From Amoebidium appalachense (Eukaryota > Protista > Ichthyosporea): 64,000 nucleotides of DNA. The first letter of the stretch is position 1, and each line of letters begins with the position of its first letter. Below, piece by piece: positions 55,169 through 64,000 of this stretch. The notes beneath the pieces are model-generated. The model was not told the origin of the DNA, did no database searches, and saw only the letters and a program-made list of their open reading frames with translations. The stretch covers positions 9,862,243 through 9,926,242 of the forward strand of contig CAVNZM010000009.1 of NCBI GenBank assembly GCA_963693365.1, read 5' to 3'. The position numbers were made by a program, and so were the translations under genes.

Positions 55169-56128
55169 TAGTTTCTCGCAGTCATCGCACAACTTTCTGG
55201 GCCTGACTGGAGCAAAACAGTGTTGCGTTCCGGACCAATAGGCTTGCGGCTGGGCATCAGATCATTCAGATGGCCTCAGATGAGCTTCTCTGCACACGAT
55301 ATGTACAGTATTGAATATGGAACCCATGCATCAGTCCTTGTCATTTCAGAGCCCTTTAATTACACAGTCATTTGCGTTTGGAAGGTCTGTTTGGATGCCT
55401 CGGGGGGCCGTGGCCCGTATTTTTTAATTTTTTTTTCTTTTTTTTTTTTTGTAGGGCAGTGGGTTGGGGGGGGGGGGAAAGGCCCGGCCGGGGGGAGGGG
55501 GGGGGGGGGGGGGGAGCAAAACCACGATTATTGGACACGTGCGCGCTAAGCCTTTGGCTTGTTTTTTTTTGGAGATGCATGCGCGGGCTTGTTTGGAGAT
55601 CTTACCACGATCTATTGTGGAACCGAAGTTGCCCAAAACACGAAAACTCCCGTTGTTCATGTTCCTCTCACATAGTGAGCTCATAGCCAGAAAACGCCCG
55701 GTGCTGCTGAATCTGGTGTTGCAAACCAAGCTATGTGTCGGATGAATAAACATTCAGTTAGAAGAAAAACTTGATTAGGTTCAGCCTAGGGAGCTACAGG
55801 AAAATTTGGTGAAATTTGGAGTGTTTTGGATTACATAGAACATGCACGTGTACAGGGAGTGGTAAACTGCATAAAGAAATTAGAGGAGAATAATATTGAA
55901 AATAAATCTAGGCCGATTTCTTGAGCCTCTCAGTGCTAGCAGCCGCGTATTACCACCAACTGAACCCGAGAAGCAGAAAAGTGTATCTCCCCCCTTCCCC
56001 CTCCCCCACCTCCCCCCGTTTCCCCTCCCCCACACCCCTCCCCCCCACACACCCATTCCTCCCCCCCCTCCCCCAAAACTACCCGCAACGCACACGCATC
56101 ACTAGCATACAACCGTACACACACGCAC

Positions 56129-56198
<70 letters not shown>

Positions 56199-56392
56199 CA
56201 TTCAATACGTAAACACACAGACACACACAACACACAAACGTACACACACAGACACATCAAACACACACCTCACTTTTCGTTCCCCATGCAAAAAAAAACT
56301 GTAGGGACGATGTTGTTTTATTTATTGACTTTTTGGTTGAGTACCTGTGGCTACTGGGGCGTAGCAATTGTGGAAGTTGGAGACGTTCCAAG

Positions 56393-56449
<57 letters not shown>

Positions 56450-57231
56450 ACACACGCCCCACCCACCCACCCACCCACCCACCCACTCACCCACCTTCCC
56501 TCCAGGTACAAACACACGTCCCTGGGTACCAACCAAACAATAACCTTTCTCCTTCTCTCTCTCTCTTTTTCTTTTTCTTTTTCTTTTTCTTTCTTTTTTC
56601 TTTTTTTTGGGGGGGGGGGAGGGGGGAGGGAGGGGAGGGAGGGGGGGGGGGGGAGGGGGGGGGGGATGGAGGGGGTGAGATTTAGAAAAGGAGCCAGGGT
56701 GCCGGATAGAGAAACTGAAGTTCCTCACATGGCCATACAAAGATAAAGAAATGTTACAGTTGTCTGTTTGTCAACGTGCAACACACCGATCATTCTGCAA
56801 GTGATAAAGTATTGGATGTCCACAAGCTACCCTATGTTGTAATGTCCTGCTTACACAAATACCATTACAGGAGGCTACATAGGCTGCATTTGATATTTTC
56901 GGATTTAGCATAATCTGAGACTAGCCCAAATGTTTTTGGAACACTTATGAGTACAGCGGGCTAGCCCCCAGAAGAAAATATGTGAAAAATGTGGTTGGTT
57001 CCTTTCGTCTGTCTGGGCTAGGGGGTCTGGGAACGAGATTCTAGCTTGCTAGAGCCAAAATTTGTAATTCAAGAAATCATAAATTTGGCCTTCCCCTTCT
57101 ACTTGATTTCATGCCGTTCAAGTTCTATGACACGGATTGGATGTGTGAACCCTAACCAAAACCTATCTCCATACATTTCCTGCAGATTCAGGAACCACCC
57201 GCCGCAAGCAACCACCACAACTCGAGCCATC

Positions 57232-57588
57232 ATGGGGGCCCTACGTTTTATTCCCTTGTTTCTATTGTTTGCTGCAGTAACGGCAGCCCCTTATTGGGTC
57301 TCACACACTGTCCGCAAATACCATTTAAGGCAAGTGGAAAACATCACCAATCCAAATGAAACCTCTGCCGAGAAAGGGGTGTTGGGAGATCTAGACCCTT
57401 CCATCAGCCCATGTGATAGCTTCTACGGGTTCACGTGCAACAAGTGGATCAAAGAAAACCCCATCCCTAAAAACTTCAGCAGATGTAGGTGTAATCCCCC
57501 CGTCCCCCCCCCCCCCCCCTCCCCCCCCCCCCCCCCCCCACCACCACCACCACCACCTACAAAAAGCAAAACCATCCCTCGGCTCAAG

Positions 57589-57626
<38 letters not shown>

Positions 57627-57794
57627 AAAAGAAAAAAAAAACAAAAAAAAAAACAACCATCCTATGCTTTCTCCCGAGAATTTCCTCTACTCCCCCCCTC
57701 CCCCCTCTCCCCCCACCTAGTTGCTTCAATATTCTGGGCACCTTCTTCCCTTTCTGTTAAGCCTTGTCCTTAACCCCCCTCCCTTTCCTCCCCC

Positions 57795-57825
<31 letters not shown>

Positions 57826-58455
57826 ACCGCCTGCGCTTAGAAAACCGATGACTATAGGCCGTTTTCTCCCTCATACTGGTAAATCTGCCACTGGATCCCC
57901 CCCCCCCTCTCCCCCTCCCCAACACCAACACACACATATACGCGGGCAATCTTACTCCCCCCCCCCCCCCCCCCCCCCTCCCCCACCCCTCGCCCCCCCT
58001 CTTTTTCGCTCATTTTGTTGAAAATGGCACCCAAAACTGCACGCTTTCCCACTAAGCATTTAACACACTTAAAGCACCTTAACCCCCGGGAACAAAAAAA
58101 AAAAAACTTGAAACCAACCTAACTCTTCCCTGTCTCCCTTTAACCCCACTTTTCTCATCCATGGCCAACAACCCCATCCCCCCCAACTCTCAAACCCCCC
58201 CCCCCCCCCCTCCCTCCCTTCCCCTCCCCCCCCCTCCCCCCTCCCCCCAGGTAACCATGCCCCTCCTCCTCTCTCTCTCTCCCCCCCCCCCCCCCCCCCC
58301 CCTCTCCTCCTCCCTCTCTTTCCTTCTGGTTGCCATACAGGGTCCAGGTTCGGTCACCTTGATGAGGTGGTGGGGAGTCGCATCCAAGGCCTGATCAACG
58401 GTTCAACACAGGTGGGTGTGTGTGTGGGTGTCCATGTCCATGTGTGGGCGTTTGT

Positions 58456-58486
<31 letters not shown>

Positions 58487-58548
58487 GGGGGGAGGAAGGG
58501 AGGGGGTTATGTGTTAATGTCTGTGCCGCATGCTCCCCCCCCCCCCCC

Positions 58549-58602
<54 letters not shown>

Positions 58603-58808
58603 ACCCACAACACACACCGGTGCGGGTGCGCAGTCACTCTAACTCTAAAGACTCTGAAAATCAATTTTCACTTCGGGTGTTTATTTCTGTTTTTTCTCGC
58701 CCCATGCTACAACTCCAAATTTCAGCAATTTGTCCCACCTAGCCACCCACCCACCAACCCCACACCACACGACCAAAGCACACATCCATCCACCTACTCC
58801 TCCACACT

Positions 58809-58848
<40 letters not shown>

Positions 58849-59759
58849 CCTCCCCCTCCCCCCGTCCACTCCCCCCTCCGGCCCCCTCGTTTCTCTTCCC
58901 CCCCCCCCCCCCCCTTCTCACGCCAACTCCCCTCCCCCCCCCCAACACAAAAAGAACCCCCCAAAAAAACTCCAATACCAATAACCACTAAACCCGCAGT
59001 ATAACGGCATCACCAACACCACATCTGGCCGGAGGGTGCTTGAAACGGTGAGGGCCTTTTACCAGTCGTGCATGAACCTGACTGCAATCGATGCACTGGG
59101 GATACAGCCTTTCAATGTACGTATCTCCCCCCCCCCCCCCCCTCATCCACCCCCCCGCCCCCGCCCCCCCCCTTTCTGCGGCACACACATTCACACGCAT
59201 AAGCACACGTGCGACACAGGTGCGTGTGGGCACACTCGCACACGCACAACCATGCACACACCCGCACACGCTGACACACACTCTGCCGGTGCTCCCAACA
59301 TCTCCTCTTTTCTCTCTCTCCACTTATTCCAACCATCCTCACTTGCACGCTTGCCAGTGACTGGTCTTTCCCCCCGACATCATTTCAATATATGTGCTGT
59401 GAGCGATCCCCTCCCCTTCCTCCCACTCCCGCCAACTCGAATAAGGAGACATCTTCCCCGTATTTTTATGCTTCTACCCGTTCACAGACTATCAACAACT
59501 AAGTGGCAACTAAGTGCTATAATAGGGCGTGAGCATTAGTTTTTATGCCATCCTGACTTGGGGTATCCTAATTTCAGGCTGTTTTTGATCCGATCGTTCG
59601 CTGGCGCAATGGCACCACCCCGTTTGCAGCTGCAATTGCAGATCTGCACCTCAAGTCCATCCCTGCCCTGTTCAACACTTACGTAAGTGGCTTTACGTTG
59701 GCTATAAGTGAGAAAGGCGAGAAGAATTCTATTGGATTCCCTCCATCCCCATCCCCCCC

Positions 59760-59790
<31 letters not shown>

Positions 59791-60011
59791 ACAGACACAC
59801 ACACACCCCCTTAAGAAAAAAGAAAAGAAAAGAAAGAAAAGAAAAGACTCAAAAAAGAAAAAAGAAAAGGAAAAAAAAATGAAGGGAAAGAACAATAATT
59901 TCCCAAAGTGTTCCTTTGATTTCGATATCCAATTATCTGATTTCATCTACATTTATTGGGTTCATATAGGCCTGGTGCAACCGCTCCCCCACCTTTCTCC
60001 CCTCCCCTCTT

Positions 60012-60042
<31 letters not shown>

Positions 60043-61941
60043 CCCCCCCCCCCCCCCCTCCCTCCCCCTGCACCACCACCACCACCACCACCACCACCAC
60101 CAACACCCCATCTTCCATCACCGATGGCCCTCCCCCATCATTCATTCCATAGCATTTACTCTTTGTTCCATGAGCTCTTTCGCCTTTCCCCCCTTTCACC
60201 ACTACCTGCACCGTAAAACCAACCCATCACACTTCCCCCCTCCTCATCCCTCCCCATCCCCCACACGACCCCTACTTCCCCCGCCCAGGTGTGGGCCAGT
60301 CCTAAAAATGCCACCCGACGGGCGGTGTTTCTGGTTCAATCTGGATTGGGCCTTCCAAGTGAAAACTACTACAGGCAAAAGGAGGGTGAGTGTGTGGAGA
60401 TTTCCTTTCAACCACTGGGACACATAGACATCATACGTTACAGGCGCATACATGTGCACCCATTAAAGAATGCACACGCACACAGGCATTAGCAAACGTA
60501 AGAAGTGTACGTGCTCGTGTACACACACACATGAATTAATAAGCAATGCCATCGGATATGTGACAGCATCCTCCCCCTCCCCCCATCCCCCCTCTCTTAC
60601 CCCCCCCCCCCCCCCTCCCCCCCCCCCCCCCGCCCCAAACACACACACACCCTTTACACACACACACACACACCCACTCTTCACACACACACACACACAC
60701 TCCGTGGTTCAGCCCTCCCCCCCCCCCCCCCCCCCCCCCCGCCCCCCCCCCTCTCCCCCCACCCCCCCCCCCACCCTGTTTACCCTCTCTTTGGAAGCTT
60801 TACGTGACCACATTACTTTCCTTGTCATCAGTGTTTGCTCATACCTATGCTTTTTCAAATATGACCAATGACAGCACATTGAAACTAACCATTTTTGGCA
60901 ACAGCCAGGGAAAGATATGTGGATATGGCTGCAAGGGCTCTGACGTTGGCCGGGGCTGTGGAGGAGGGCAAATCTCTGGAGGCAGCTAGGGTGAGTCACG
61001 TGGCACTTGCCTTATTTGTGCATTTACCTGCCTGTTTTGGTAGAGACTTGAAATACGTGGTGCATGTCTTCACATATAGAGGTATGGGCGATTTCATCTC
61101 ACTCCCCACATTTACTTCTAACATTTTCAACTTTGTTAGAGTATCCCAAAAGGTGGCATAGAAGCCTCGTGTTTTTGTGCAATGAGATTGGCCAGTACAC
61201 AAATTCATGCATAGTGATTGGTGTTGGCTATGGCCCCACAAAGTCATATAATGATGACGGTTGCTCACAGCCCCCCTCCTTCACTTCCCCCTCCTCCTCC
61301 ACCTTCGGCCCCCAGCACATACAAGCACACAGTATAACACTTACCCATCCTCCTCCTCCTCCCCCTCTCCTTCCCACCTTCCCCCGCCCGTGTCTTTCCT
61401 CACACCTACCTTTCCGCATCCCTTCCTGCTCTTCTCCTCCCCCTTCCCCCCCCCCCGCCCCTTTCAACCAACGCGACTTCTACTCATCCATCACCGTCAT
61501 CCCTTCCCTCCCTCCCCCCCCTCGCCCACTTCTCCCCCCCCCCCCCCCCCCCCCCCCCCCTTTCTCTTTCCCCCATCCCTTTGCACACACAGACTGTCAT
61601 GACATTTGAGACCCGTCTAGCCAACATAACGATCCCCCCTGCCCAGCTAAGGGATGAAAATGCAACAAACAACCCCAATACAATACCACAGGTATTAAGC
61701 CCCCCCCCCCCCCCCCCCCCTCCACCCCACCCCCACCCATACACTCCTCTTCCCCCTTCACCCCCCCTCCCCCCCCCCCCCCCCCCCCCCCCCCCTCGCC
61801 CCTCCATCTTCTGCTCGTTTTGTATCTTAGGATTTTCTTTCGCCATGACAAACATTGGACAGCTGAGAGTTTTCTCAAACTATCGAGTCGTTTCCATCAA
61901 TCTAATGATGTTGAGAATCTATAAAATGCATCTTCTAGCCC

Positions 61942-61978
<37 letters not shown>

Positions 61979-63272
61979 CCCCTCTCCTCCTGCTCCTCCC
62001 TCCTCCCCCGGCCCCAAATTCCCCCTATCCATCCAGAAACTAATATCCTAGTACTTCAACTATTTTTCTTCCTGCATGCACCCATAAGAGTTAAAACGTA
62101 TCATTACCTCCCTCCCACCCAGCACAACCACACTCATCTCAACCCCAAGCCTTCCCATAATCTCTAATAACCTTCTGTCTTTCAAGAGTACACGCCCGCA
62201 GTGCATTCCTTTTACTGAATTTACCCTCCTCCCCCAATCACAGCTCACCAATGGCACAAACTCGTCATTTGATTGGCCAGCCTACTTTACTGCCCTCAAC
62301 CTCACCCTAGGCAATGACACAGTCATAAATCGTTCCCCTTCATTTCTGCATGGTATTACCCCCCCCCCCCCCCCCCCCCCCCCCCCACCCCCACCCCCTC
62401 CCCGCCCCTCGCCGCCGAAAAAAAAAAAAAAAAAAAAAAGAAAAAAAAACAATCACAGAGCCTAACTCCTGCCACTCACACCCTCACCCACCTAACGCTT
62501 CTGCCTATCTCTCCCTTTCTTCGCCTAGCACTTACATATGCAAGCACACCAATCTGTCCCCCACCCTCTCCCCCCTCCTCCTCCCCTCCCTCCCTCCCAT
62601 CCCCTCTATCCCTCTCCCCTCTCTCTCCACTCTCTCCACCCCTTTCTTTATTCCCTCCCTTTTGGTTCCCTATCTGCTTTCACCACTTGAAGAATAACCG
62701 CAAAGTTTTGCAAAGTTTTGTCATTATATAAAACTTTGGTGTTTGGGTGGTGATACACACGAAAGACAGATAAAACTAAGTATACAAGCATAAACGTAAG
62801 AAACACACAGCCACAAGCATACATGATTATGACATTGTATACACGTGCAGGTCAAATCGTGCGCGCATGCGCACGTGCGTGCACACAAACATGCACACAC
62901 AAGTACATAGGACACGAACGCGCGCACACCCAAGCACATCACCGTCAAATACATCCGTCCAGATGTATACAAACACATAGGCACAAGTAGACTACTTTCA
63001 AACATGAAATTTGAAACACACACACATACGAGAGAGTTCTACTAACATGGCAACGCACGTTCAAAAAACTCACAACCTATGGCACCGGCACACACCCATA
63101 CTATGTGACACACGTTAAAACATTCACTTTCCTTGAGTTTAACCCCAACAATCACCAACAGGACTGGCCGGCATTCTTACCTCAACACCCAATCAAACGC
63201 TTGCGCTATATTTGAAGCTGCATTCCATCTTGGCATATACTGGTGCCTCCCCCCAGCAGTTCAGAGATAACT
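57232..63272 (+). CDS. Secreted M13-family metallopeptidase (neprilysin/endothelin-converting-enzyme-like), N-terminal part; continues beyond window
   Basis: Exons 57232-57484, 58341-58411, 59000-59116, 59578-59682, 60289-60385, 60905-60990, 61593-61691, 62244-62352 and 63162-63272, all phase-consistent. Signal-peptide-like MGALRFIPLFLLFAAVTA. M13 N-domain motifs LDPSISPCDSFYGFTCNKWIKENPIP, FYQSCMN, QSGLGLPSENYY, FETRLANI, FDWPAYF. The HExxH site is not inside the window. Confidence 0.92.
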
Positions 63273-63342
63273 GTAACTCCCCCCCCCCCCCCCCCCCCCC
63301 TCCCCCCTTTCACCCACCCTCCCCCCCACCCCCTCCCCCCCC

Positions 63343-63373
<31 letters not shown>

Positions 63374-63578
63374 ACACACACACACAGGCACACAGGCACA
63401 TCCCTCCCACCCACCCCCCCCCCCTCCCTCCTCCCCTGGCGCTCATTACATTCCCTCCTTTTCCGAATGCTTTGCCAAGTTATCAGACCCCTGTTAGTCT
63501 TTCTTCCACTCTCAACTCTCCGCCTTCGTCCTCCCCCTCCCGCTCCCCTTCTTCCCCCCCTCCCCCCCCCTTTCCCCC

Positions 63579-63609
<31 letters not shown>

Positions 63610-64000
63610 ACCACCACCATTACACACCAAACCATCTATACCTACAGTCGCACATATCCATGCACATCCCGGAAAAAGAGAGATGGTGTTGGCCGGAGAA
63701 TAAACCGAAAAAGTTAACTGTAACAGTGGCAAACACAAACAGTCAGTGACAAAGTGACCGCTTCTTCTTGTAACCTTTGTGTGGGGAAGTAGTGTTTGCA
63801 TTTCACATCCTCAAAATATTAGATATTTTATCCAAACTAGATTGTGGTGACTTGTGCTGGCCAACTAATTTTGTCTTAAAAAATTTGACTTTTTAACTTT
63901 TCTAAAGCTTTATAATAACACCAACTTCTTTGGGTGTGTCCGGCCCTACATGGGAGTCGCGCTTCGGAGATTCACTCTTTCGGGCCTTTCACTCAGCACA

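Noticed and set aside
63908-64000. Next M13 exon at the window end
   Set aside because: The AAG acceptor at 63907 gives an immediate stop in the required phase; unresolved without downstream sequence.

Overview
Eukaryotic nuclear DNA, very intron-rich and full of poly(C)/poly(G) runs and (CA)/(GT) microsatellites, so most entries in the ORF track are low-complexity noise. The lineage cannot be fixed from this window; the proteins look opisthokont/holozoan-like. By hand-splicing GT/GC-AG junctions I recover the following. (1) A 23-exon mitochondrial/bacterial-type leucyl-tRNA synthetase (+, 757-21336, 5' part not resolved) with one GC-AG intron and one homopolymer frameshift. (2) Two paralogous minus-strand genes (22510-26497 and 41051-44502) encoding tandem AP2-domain proteins, both with small upstream exons forming an Arg/Ser-rich, nearly acid-free N-terminus with an R-S-[LM]-H-T motif, i.e. 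candidate mitochondrion-targeted AP2 DNA-binding proteins. (3) A truncated Ty1/copia element. (4) A decayed gene with two tandem hemerythrin-like modules. (5) A neprilysin/M13 peptidase gene running off the right end, plus a decayed upstream paralog. (6) An intronless PIDYSKWD-motif gene with one frameshift. (7) A 2.7-kb TA-flanked element with perfect 28-bp TIRs carrying a LINE RT fragment. The most striking systematic signal is intron architecture: a sense-strand poly(C) tract follows most splice donors on both strands, and (CA)n often replaces the polypyrimidine tract. Homopolymer lengths and single-base frameshifts may be sequencing errors.
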